NCBI GenBank assembly: GCA_964035545.1
Contig: OZ037767.1
Location: 17,357,781-17,421,780, forward strand
DNA length: 64,000 nt
DNA from: Bugula neritina
Lineage: Eukaryota > Animalia > Bryozoa
Direction of reading: 5' to 3'
The notes beneath the pieces were generated by a model. The model saw only the letters and a list, made by a program, of their open reading frames with translations, searched no databases and had not been told where the DNA came from. A program made the position numbers and the translations under genes. Of this stretch, positions 42,929 to 55,700 are shown in pieces. The first letter of the stretch is position 1. Every line of letters begins with the position of its first letter.

Positions 42929-45900
42929 TCACTTCTTCATTCCAAATATGGTAAGTCTTCCAACTTTGGCTGCTTCTTTAACTTTAGACCAATCAGTGAG
43001 CTCTTCACACTGAGATCCAAGTGCAGACAACCCTCCTTTCCTTGAACTGTCCATCCAGTTTCCAACAACCTGTATAAAGTGTCAACAAGGTGTCAATATA
43101 ACACCATAGTGTCTGCATCGTACGAGAGAAAGAATATAACAATTACAGGGTGAAAAAACATTTACTAGAATAAAGATACTCAGATATAAACTCACGCACA
43201 TAATCTACATGATAAACTAATGGACATGTATAACAAAGGGAACAGGACTCTTAACACAATATATAAAATGGAGTACAAGACGCAACCTCATCTAACTTGT
43301 CTTTATCCAGTACACTCAGATAGTAGATGTATCTGAATCTATCAATAGTTTTACGGCATTTCCCTGTTGGTTTAAGAGCATCATGTATAGATTTGGCTCT
43401 CTTACTAGTAAGTTGTTTATGTACATAATCCATCAACTGTATAGCCTGTTCTGGTGTTTGTACTGCAAGGAACACAGGGTAAAATGTAAATACTTAGAAT
43501 ACAATATACAATATCTTTGTACACAATAATATGCAGGTGACAATTGGTATTTGTGTAGCTGCATGGAAAATCATGTCTCAATATATAAAAAGAAATTGAG
43601 ACAATACAATTACTGTTGATGACAGAATGTGTGGGTAGACTGTAATACACTATTGAGAGTTGTCTCACCATATTGGAAACTAGTTGCTACATTAGAAGTG
43701 GAGGGTGTATTGTTAAGAGCCTGAGTGTCACAGATTCTCTCTAAAAACATAACAGAATAAAAGTTTGACATTGGAATCACACAACTCTGTATGATTTTGC
43801 TCCAGCTGTTCTAGTTTGTCACAACAGCATGTCATGTGCTAGTTAGAATATGAACTACATAGAAATATGCTCCTGTAATAACAATAATATATTAGATCCT
43901 AAATAACTATAGGAGTACTGACACAGCTGTGTATAAATCTCATCACTAAATCCCTGAATATCTTTACATGTATGTATATATATGATCCCAGATGTAGTGT
44001 AATTACTAACTCATTACTTTAACCAACCTGTTACTAGAGTTCTTTGATCTCCAACAACTACAGAGAATGGAATATCCACTTCACCAAGCATGATTGAGTC
44101 AGTGTACTCAGAAAGTTCTAGAATAATAATCACAATGAGTTTATAACTGAGAGAGAGATGATGTGTAATATAATAGCATATGATAAATAGCATATATCAG
44201 ATAGTTGAAGATATGTATATCCAGGTTTAGTAAGACTTTACCATCATTTAAGACAAGACAGGTGATTCCAGGTCCACATTCCTTTCCAATAAGAAGGAGA
44301 AAACTCTCAATAGTCAGGTCATCTCTGAATGGGAATATCTTGCTCCGAGATTTAATTTTCAAAGTGAGTTTATTGTATCTAACAGCACCTGTACCAGTCA
44401 TATAAAATAAGATTATAACTAAGTTCAGTAGAGTAATGAAATAACAATAATTACAAAAATTACCAATCAAATGAAGTCACTCACATTGAGTTGTGACGGC
44501 AGGTATAGTCTGCTCAGGTGTGACATCCATATCCTGAAGTAGTCCCACAGTCTCGGGTACTTCCTGTGATGAAGGCTCTGTACTAACTAGTGTTTGAGTA
44601 TCTTGTACATGTGGTGGTTCAGAATACTCAGTGGTCATAGGAAAGTCAGCATTGCCAGCATCTGTATCAACATAATAGATGTCAATGACAATAAAACATT
44701 AAATGTTTTAGGATTATCTCTACATGTTTTGTTTTGTATTTGAAATTGGAAGTTGTATGAAACACATGGGATGTTTATGACAATGCAATAGCTATTCCAT
44801 TTGCTGCTCTTTGACCCCAGAGACAATATTTTAAGTATTTATTCTAAAAGATAAAATATAACATACCCGAGCTTCTAGAAACTTTGGATGTTGAGTGGAA
44901 TACATCATTATAGAGTGGTCTTTTACTTCCAGATGGTGTGTCTGACGTCTTATAACGCAGTGTAGTAACTCGAACAGATGAGGTGCTCTCTTGCGATGGA
45001 GGTACTGAACTACTGCTCTCATTGGCTGTGGTATGGGATGTCAAGGTCACTGGTACAGATGTCAGAGAAGATGTATTCTCACTAGAAAATGAGTCAGTGA
45101 GACCAAGCTGTGACACTGGATGATGAATCTGAGAGTTGGAGTTCTGCCAGTTGTTGAGTGTCTGATCAGCCTCTGGTAGAGCTGCTGGTTGCATATCTGT
45201 GTACTCCTTTGGTGTTGGTGTGGGCTGTGAGATGTTGTCATTGTGATGCAGTGAGTGTGAAAGGAGTGAGAAAGGTTTATTGCTAAGATATGGAGGATTG
45301 AAAGGTGAATATTTCAGGGAATGTCGGAAGGGTGAAGCATTCTCTAGAGTAAATCGAGAGGGTAGACTGGTGTGGCTGGCTGGTGTTGGTGTCAATTGTG
45401 GAGTAGAAGGTGTGGGTTGGACTGGTTGCGTGGTGGAATAGTTTGACAGACTCAGCTGTGGTGGGACTTGGAGGCTACTTTGTATTGGTAAGGTTAAATC
45501 AAGGAGAGATGGTTGAAGATCCAAAGGAAGTGAATTGTGCTGGTCAGTTACTGGTTGAGGTGGGAACCATCTGGAAGGTTCTAAAAAGCCAAACTCAGCA
45601 GGCAGCGGTTGATGGTAGATGAGGTTGTTGGTTGCCAATAAGCTATTAGCTTTTTGAATCTCTAAAATATAAAATATATTGCATTTCCTTAGGTTATTTT
45701 AAAGGCTCTGAGTAACTATACAAGCATTTTCTTTCTCCAAGACATTTTACCAATATATATTATTACCAAACCAAGTTTAAAATCTTTCAGCTAAATCATA
45801 CTCTATCAGCTGTATAAAACAAACTATTAGCATTGAGATAAAATTATATATTCTTATTCTCCGTCATCTATGATTAGCAATTAGTAGTTTATTTATTCAT

Positions 45901-46991
45901 AATTCCATTCAAGTTCGTAATTAGAATTAGAATGAAAAGTAAATAATTTTTACAATTAGCTTGCAGTATTTTCAACTAAACATTATTAGCTATGAATTTT
46001 AGTATTATTCCAAACATGTAACTGTACCAGTATATCAGACAAAGAGGAACATTCTGTTGGCTAGACAGAAGTTCATGAAAAATGATTATAGATGTTATTA
46101 CTGGGTTAAACAGATAAAGCTGATGAGAGAAGATAACTACAGACAATATCCAATGAATAATTATTTAAATATGCAGTGTATAGCAGCAACACTGTTAACA
46201 TTATTATGTTACAAGTCATTGGTAAGCATAGATGTACATGAATAAATCACTACGTAGAAGGAAATATTATCTTAAATAACAGAACGACTAGACATTCATC
46301 AGCTAAAAAGAACCTATTATTAGATTTTTTATTGTCTAGATTTTCTGCCATAAAACTGTCTGTAAAACACAAATTAATGTAAATCTGAAAAGTTGACCTC
46401 ACCTTGAACTCTGTGTTCTGCTTCATCCTGACACTGTTCAAGGTAAGACACAGTGTTTGTTTTTCCTGTTCTTTTTGCAACATGTAGAGGAGTCTTATTC
46501 TCTGTGTTGTGAGTTTGGAGTAGCTCTAGTTGCTGTTTAGCATTAAGTTTATCCATCATTAGCTTGATCATTTGTGGGTGATCTCCCAATGCTGCACTGT
46601 GTATAGCTGTATTACCATAATATCTACTCTGTGTCTTGAGTAGCTCTACCTTCTGATCTACTGATACACCATCTAGTAGATATTTGATAGTGTCTGTATC
46701 ACCTCCCCATGCTGCTCTGTGTATAGCTGTATCACCATCAATACTCTGTACCTTGAGTAGCTCCACCTTCTGATCTACTGATACACCATCTACTAGGTAT
46801 TTGGTAGTGTCTGTATAACCTTTCTTAGCTACCCTCTGTAGTGTGTCGTCCTCTCTCAACAGTTTACATCTCTCTTCTATTGACACATGTGGAAGACATA
46901 ATTTCAAACTCTTGACAATGTTGACCTCTTTAGATCGACCTCTTTTTATTTTCAATAATGTCTCTTGCAGCTTTTGTGTATGTTTCAACAT
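42929..46991 (-). CDS. 8-exon ankyrin-repeat protein with P/S/T linker and CCDC106-like C-terminus (about 728 aa), copy 1
   Basis: Exons 46403-46991, 44867-45661, 44485-44661, 44242-44388, 44028-44117, 43669-43740, 43287-43462, 42929-43069. GT-AG boundaries and frame are conserved with copy 2; canonical TPLH ankyrin motif. Confidence 0.75.
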
Positions 46992-47412
46992 TTTAATTTC
47001 TAAAATTATTATTTTAAAAACATTCAGCAACATAATACACAAAGGGTACATTTTGTGTCACTTTGATTTTGCCAAATTTTATTATTCATAATATACAATT
47101 TTATTCCACAAGCCTTTTGCTATATACATACTATGTACTATACACTAAAATATACTATAATTATATCATGTATACTATAGAATAATATATAATATAATTA
47201 TATCATGTACTATACACTAAAATATACTATAAATATATCATACCATACACTAAAATATTATAATATAAAGGTAGGTGAAGTATTATTAGAGAAACTGATA
47301 AAAGCCTGTGTGCTAGTCCACAAATGTAGCAAAAGAAGTTATGTTCTCGCAAGAATTTCAACCCGCGCCATAAATTCTGCTTTTACTGTTCCTAAGTGTA
47401 ATTATATCATAC

Positions 47413-47877
47413 AATACACTAAAGTATACTATACTATGCTATACACTGATTATACTGATCATACTATACACTAAAGTATACTATACTATGCTATACACTG
47501 ATTATACTGATCATACTATACACTAAAGTATACTATACTATGCCATACACTGATTATACTGATCATACTATACACTAAAGTATACTATACTATGCTATAC
47601 ACTGATTATACTGATCATACTATACAGTATATACTAAAGTATACTATACTATGCTATACACTGATTATACTGATCATACTATACACTAAAGTATACTATA
47701 CTATGCTATACACTGATTATACTGATCATACTATACACTAAAGTATACTATACTATGCTATACACTGATTATACTGATCATACTATACACTAAAATATAC
47801 TATACTATGCTATACACTGATTATACTGATCATACTATACACTAAAGTATACTATACTATGCTATACACTGATTATA
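47413..47877. repeat. 52-bp minisatellite (paralog of 27236-27700)
   Basis: Same unit and apparently the same copy number. Confidence 0.92.
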
Positions 47878-49660
47878 TTATAAAACAGAAAACGCTATAA
47901 TATTATAATGGCCTATGTGTTAGTCATTAAACAGATTGTATTGTAGTCAAACTGTATTACGGCATTCCTTCATGCTGCTCACAAATGCCGCACGGTTAGA
48001 TGCCAGCCGCGATGGCATGAACAAATCAACATCAAGCTCTCCTTTATAAGCTGGACATTATGATTGCCCAGACACACTTGGTTACTGGGACTACTACTGA
48101 GCTTACTAATTTATAACTTTTAATAATATTGTTTAAACTTTTATCTTGATGTAATTGTAATTGTTTAGTATTGTAAATATAATTCTTCTCTCAAGGATTG
48201 CAATCTCAGTTCTTTCTCTTAAACACACAAAGAGTATGTTCTTGCCTTACAACCCATGCATGATCTACAACTTAGAAGTTTATTGCACAAAACTACGACA
48301 ATATTAACCAACAGAGTAAAATACAAGTAGTTGTAGAGAACTTCAGTAATAAAGTTGAGAAACATGCTGTAGTGAGCACAGTATATAGGCTGTAGAGTAG
48401 TAACACTGTACTGATTCTATGTCGACTACAGATCTCATTAAGGGGTTGTAATCAATGATGTCTACATCTCACTGTACTAACTGTAATACGAACACATGCT
48501 AACCTACTTTACTACCTGATAATCTACTAGACTGGTTCCTAGACAATCACTTTGATGTGTGAATCTAATTCAGTATACGCCACTTAAATTACTCAACATT
48601 AGAACTGTTAAGATTTTCAGATTTAGGGTTGATGTGCTACCCAGAGAGTCTATTTATCTACTATAGAACTGCACCAGGCTAAGTCGAGTGAACGAGTATA
48701 TTTTACACACAACTATACATTATAAAAACGATACATTATTTCCAAACAAGTTACACATCTAATCTATTTCACACTCTAGCTTCGACTGAGTTAGCAGCGG
48801 GAAACTACAATTGCTGCTAACTATCAACTACGCTAATTGGCTATCCATTGTTCCGGGTCAATTACGCGACCCTACATGTTGTGCTGCTGGTAGTTCCACG
48901 AACCACCACAGAACTTCCTATCTAGAAAATTATTTTGTAAATATGAAAGACTTCAATAATTATAATGAAGGTACATCTCTGTAACCATATACATAGTAAA
49001 GCGATGCTTACAAAATTTTATCATACTGTATACTTTGTATAACTAGTAGTAATAGTGCAAGTGTACTAATATTACTAGAGTTATTAGGCTATACTGACTA
49101 TGGTATCTTAAATATTAACAAATTTACTAACCTGATTGTAGTGACTATTCTATAATCATACTTGGTAGTTAGCCTGTCTGTTACACTCTGTTACACCGAA
49201 GTCACACAACTGACTACGCAGTACATATAAATAATCTATTTATCTACTAGCAATGCAGTTTCGGTTATGCAGGAAATTTAGAATGTAATTCATGGGGAAT
49301 TCCCATTTCCCAGTATTACTCACAATCATTAAAGAATTGTTTGGTTTTTGATCAACACACTACTTATGAAGAGATAAAGTAATTCTGATAGCTTAGAATG
49401 GATGAATACTTATTTAATCTCTTAACCATTATTACTTCATCTCTCTATAAATATTCAAGTTTTGCTAGGTTGTTGCAATGTGCGTATATTTCAAGGTTTA
49501 CTTAACAAATCTATGAGAAAACTTACAAAAATCACAATATTTCACTTATTCAGAGATTAGTAAATGCATTACTAGACCTGGTTTATGGTACAGAAAAAAA
49601 ATCATCTATACAGCATATGAAGTTCTCAACTCTGGTCACAACCTTTGTGCTGCATTGATT

Positions 49661-49666
49661 TTTATT
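49661..49666 (-). terminator. Candidate polyadenylation signal of MRPS5
   Basis: AATAAA on the minus strand about 55 nt after the TAA stop. Confidence 0.55.
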
Positions 49667-49720
49667 TTACATCAACTCAATGCTAGAAGGTGTGTCAGTA
49701 TATAGTACAGAGGTTTAGCT

Positions 49721-52700
49721 TTACATCAACTCAATGCTAGAAGCCTGTCTCTGTATAGCAAGTTTGTGTTGATTTCTAAACTTGAGTTTGTTGAGTTTCT
49801 GCATGTGGTAGCTGTTCAATCTCTCATAGAACCTCACTTTCCTACCTTTTCTCAGTAAAGTTTTCCCATCTGAAAGAGTAGAACGTATGATATAATATAA
49901 TAAACAACACACTATATAGTATATACTATGATATAATATAATAAACAACACACTATATAGTATATACTATGATATAATATAATAAACAACACACTATATA
50001 ATATATACTAAGATATAATATAATAAACAACACACTATATAGTATATACTATGATATAATATAATAAACAACACACTATATAGTATATACTATGATATAA
50101 TATAATACACAACACACTATATAGTATATACTATGATATAATATAATACACAACACACCCATATAGTATATACTATGATATAATATAATAAACAACACAC
50201 TATATAGTATATACTATGATATAATATAATACACAACACACCCATATAATATATACTATAATATAATATAATACACAACACACTATATAATATATACTAT
50301 GATATAATATAATAAACAACACACTATATAATATATACTATGATATAATATAATAAACAACACACTATATAGTATATACTATGATATAATATAATAAACA
50401 ACACACTATATAGTATATACTATGATATAATACACAACACACTATATAGTATATACTATGATATAATATAATAAACAACACACTATATAATATATACTAA
50501 GATATAATATAATAAACAACACACTATATAACATATACTATGATATAATATAATAAACAACACACTATATAGTATATACTATGATATAATATAATAAACA
50601 ACACACTATATAATATATACTATGATATAATATAATAAACAACACACTATATAATATATACTATGATATAATATAATACACAACACACTATATAATATAT
50701 ACTATGATATAATATAATAAACAACACACTATATAGTATATACTATGATATAATATAATAAACAACACACTATATAATATATACTATGATATAATATAAT
50801 AAACAACACACTATATAGTATATACTATGATATAATATAATAAACAACACACTATATAGTATATACTATGATATAATATAATACACAACACACTATATAG
50901 TATATACTATGATATAATATAATAAACAACACACTATATAATATATATATACTATGATATAATATAATACACAACACACTATATAATATATACTATGATA
51001 TAATATAATAAACAACACACTATATAGTATATACTATGATATAATATAATAAACAACACACTATATAATATATATATACTATGATATAATATAATACACA
51101 ACACACTATATAGTATATACTATGATATAATATAATACACAACACACTATATAATATATACTATGATATAATATAATAAACAACATACTATATAGTATAT
51201 ACTATGATATAATATAATAAACAACACACTATATAATATATACTATGATATAATATAATAAACAACACACTATATAGTATATACTATGATATAATATAAT
51301 AAACAACACACTATATAATATATACTATGATATAATATAATAAACAACACACTATATAATATATACTATGATATAATATAATAAACAACACACTATATAA
51401 TATATACTATGATATAATATAATACACAACACACTATATAATATGTGACCTGGCACCACAAATCAAGGGATGTATATAAAATGTTGAAAACTTAGTTATT
51501 ACTATGGAGTGATAGAGCAGAATTTTTTGAACATTTTGCACTTTATTTGAAGTCTCTAGCATAAATAGAACTCGAGATATCAGTATTTAAAAATTTTAAC
51601 GTTTTTAGAATTTCTAAATTACTGTTTCGAGAAAATCGCGTTTAAAGTTGGCAACTCTAGAATAAGTTGAGAATTATTTGTTTACAATTTACAAGCCTTA
51701 GCAACGGGTCTTTGTATAATAGGAATAGTTGCAAATTTGGTATCAAAATAATTGTGACAGTTTGGGCTTTCTGTTAAACTAAATTTCATGCTGCCTCAAC
51801 ATAAAACTAGGTCAAATATGGCTGCCAAACTTTTTGTCTTATGTATTTGTCAATTTGCTTTTTACTTTGTTTAATGATTGAAAGGTTCAACAATTCCAGC
51901 AACGAAGAGGATGTTTCAGCAAGTTTGTGTGTTGAGATATTTAAATTAGGCATCCAAGTCAGCAGGAAGTCATATAAAACAAAATGGCAGCTGCTTCCTG
52001 TTATACATTGAATATCTTCCTCTCCTCTAATATATTGTGTAATATATCAAACTGCAGCTATTGAGCTGTGCTGTTTCATAGTTATTGCCTAATGAGTAGA
52101 GCACTTATGAGAAAAGTATTTGACTATTATGAGATCATTCGAAATTCATTCATAAATATCTTTATAATCTCTAACGGCAACTAAATTTACCAATTGATGT
52201 TGCAAATAAAAACATAAAATCAGCTATTAGAACTTTTGAGTTTTATTAGGCATTAATATTCACATTTAAAACATCAAATACATTATTTTAAAAAACTAAT
52301 TAAATGCAGTAACAAATCCAGCCTGGATACAACCATTATGCTTGAATTAACTCTAATCAAGAAAAGAAAATTAGGTAGCTTCTACGGTTTTTGCAAAAAA
52401 GGCACTTTTCATCTTTCTACTTCCTTGGTCTTCATAATATGAGTTTACGGAGTATGGACACATAACAACATGTATGTGGCAAAAGTTTCATCACTATCAT
52501 CAGCTGATTTTCTAGCAATTATAGATGCTGCTACTTGACATCCATTCTGCCAATCTACCCATCTATTGTCTATTCCAGAGCTGCAAGTACAATGTTGACT
52601 TTTTTAAATAACAAAAGAAAACGGTAGCTTGATTAGAAATTATACGCAGTTATATTATAAAAATTTAGTTAGTTAAACACTCTTGTGGTACTATTATCAC

Positions 52701-55700
52701 AGCAGTTAATTGTCATCCTGCATTTTATCAACATTTAAATTTATTGAATTAAACAGAACAATTTAAATTAAAAAAATTGTTGAAAATTTTCAAGCACATC
52801 ATTAAAAGACTGCAAACCTTTTTATGAATGAAATAAGCAGAAGCCATAACCTTGCAAGCCAAAATTCAGAGTGTCTACATTAGAAGTGTTAGATTGATAG
52901 GTAGTAGAGTTGTGTAGGCATAAGTCTTCACTCTAATGCTCTCATAAGTCCACTTTCTAAAATGTACAGAATATCGTATTATTCTATATTAACATAGTAT
53001 TATCAGTAAAATTACACACTATGCACTTGAATATCTAGCATATCTGCAATTGGCAATTTTGAAGCAATGTCTTTCGATAACTATTAACCACTCAGGCATT
53101 TAATTGAGTAAAAAAGCTAGCTAAGTTCAACTGAATATATTAAAGACATTTACTATAAAATCAATTTAAATTCAATAAATTACTTTAAAATATGAACAAA
53201 CTTTTGCTCATCCTTTATAATAAAATTAAAAAGTTTAGACTATTTATGCATTCAGTTAGTGTTACTACTCACTAAATAAGACTAAAAGTAACTTACTGAA
53301 AAACTAAGTCAGTCAACTATAGAATCACCATGAACTCGCATTAATATTTCATCATTATACTCATTTACATTTAATCACATTTACCATTTTAACTTGGTTA
53401 TAGGTGATGCTTTTATCAATATAAATAGGATTATCAATTGAGTTTTGAAAGTAACTGCAAGCCTGCATAATGTGATAAAGATTTTATCATTATATCAAAC
53501 TTTGAGCTAATTTAAAAATCACAAAAGGAACCGGTAGTTTGACTATTAGGCCTAATGTTAATACTAATAGTAATAGTAATCAGTAACTGTATTCACAAAA
53601 TCTAAGGCAGAGGCTAAAAGTTACTAAGAATAAGTCCAATGTAAATTTAAATATCAACTATAGAATAAATCAATAAATATAATACTATCAGTATAAGTAT
53701 CAAGTTTTAAGACCGAAGGCGAAACTCAGAGTGAGAGTGAGACTCAAATACTGAAATAGTGAATTTATAATTATTAATTATTACTTATACTATTAGTATT
53801 AATATTAATCATTTAATGAGCTACATTTGGTTTTCAAATACCGGTGGCAGTATCAGTAAATCATGAATGATATTCATTATGATTATCATTATGAGTAACC
53901 GTACCTCAAACTGTGAGTCATAGTGAGAGTCATTTAAATAGTTACTAGTAGTACTAGTACTAGTAGTATAGAATAAGAATAGACATACTGATACTCCTAG
54001 TGATAGTATGAATATTAATAAATTGATAACTACAAATAATCCTGGCAACAATTCTAAGTTAGTAGCGTAAATGATGGTTTTGAGTATAATTACCTGTATT
54101 GTTGTGATTTTCAAGCTTGAACGCTAAAGATAAATATTAAGTCTAGCATTTATCACCAAAGGGCAAAACAGCTCAGTAACTTAAAAGCTAACTTTGGATG
54201 GAGCGCGATGAAAAACTAAAACTAGCCTTCGATTTTAAATACGATGCTTCTGACAATGCGAAGAAAGAGGTGTAAGGTAAATTTATTTGATAAAAATAAA
54301 TTTGCAAGATCTCACGCTATGAAAATGACTAAAATTGTCTTCTTTCTTTATTTGATAACTTCGCAATTTTTTCATCATTTAAAAAATTGAATGCCTTAGT
54401 TACCAACTTTAAATGCAGTTTTGGAGCTGAAGGAATCATCAAATGCTTACGAAAGTATGATTTTTGAAATCCTTGGATTTTTTCGTATTAGAAAAACTCA
54501 AAACCTAAAAACTGGAAATTAATTTCAAATTTAAGTATATCCAAATTAAACCTTCATTTACTACACTTTATAAACGCCGCCACATCCCCGGTTTTGTCGC
54601 GACTGGTCACATATATACTATGATATAATATAATAAACAACACACTATATAGTATATACTATGATATAATATAATAAACAACACACTATATAGTATATAC
54701 TATGATATTATATAATAAACAACACACTATATAGTATATACTATGATATAATATAATAAACAACACACTATATAGTATATACTATGATATAATATAATAA
54801 ACAACACACTATATAGTATATACTATGATATAATATAATAAACAACACACTATATAGTATATACTATGATATAATATAATACACAACACACTATATAGTA
54901 TATACTATGATATAATATAATAAACAACACACTATATAATATATACTATGATATAATATAATAAACAACACACTATATAATATATACTATGATATAATAT
55001 AATACACAACACACTATATAGTATATACTATGATATAATATAATAAACAACACACTATATAGTATATACTATGATATAATATAATACACAACACACTATA
55101 TAATATATACTATGATATAATATAATACACAACACACCCATATAGTATATACTATGATATAATATAATAAACAACACACTATATAGTATATACTATGATA
55201 TAATATAATAAACAACACACTATATAACATATACTATGATATAATATAATAAACAACACACTATATAGTATATACTATGATATAATATAATAAACAACAC
55301 ACTATATAATATATACTATGATATAATATAATAAACAACACACTATATAGTATATACTATGATATAATATAATACACAACACACTATATAGTATATACTA
55401 TGATATAATATAATACACAACACACTATATAGTATATACTATGATATAATATAATAAACAACACACTATATAGTATATACTATGATATAATATAATAAAC
55501 AACACACTATATAGTATATACTATGATATAATATAATAAACAACACACTATATAATATATACTATGATATAATATAATAAACAACACACTATATAATATA
55601 TACTATGATATAATATAATAAACAACACACTATATAGTATATACTATGATATAATATAATAAACAACACACTATATAATATATACTATGATATAATATAA

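Noticed and set aside
53821-54114. 97-aa ORF in the TIR element as a transposase or membrane protein
   Set aside because: Low-complexity AT-rich translation without catalytic motifs.
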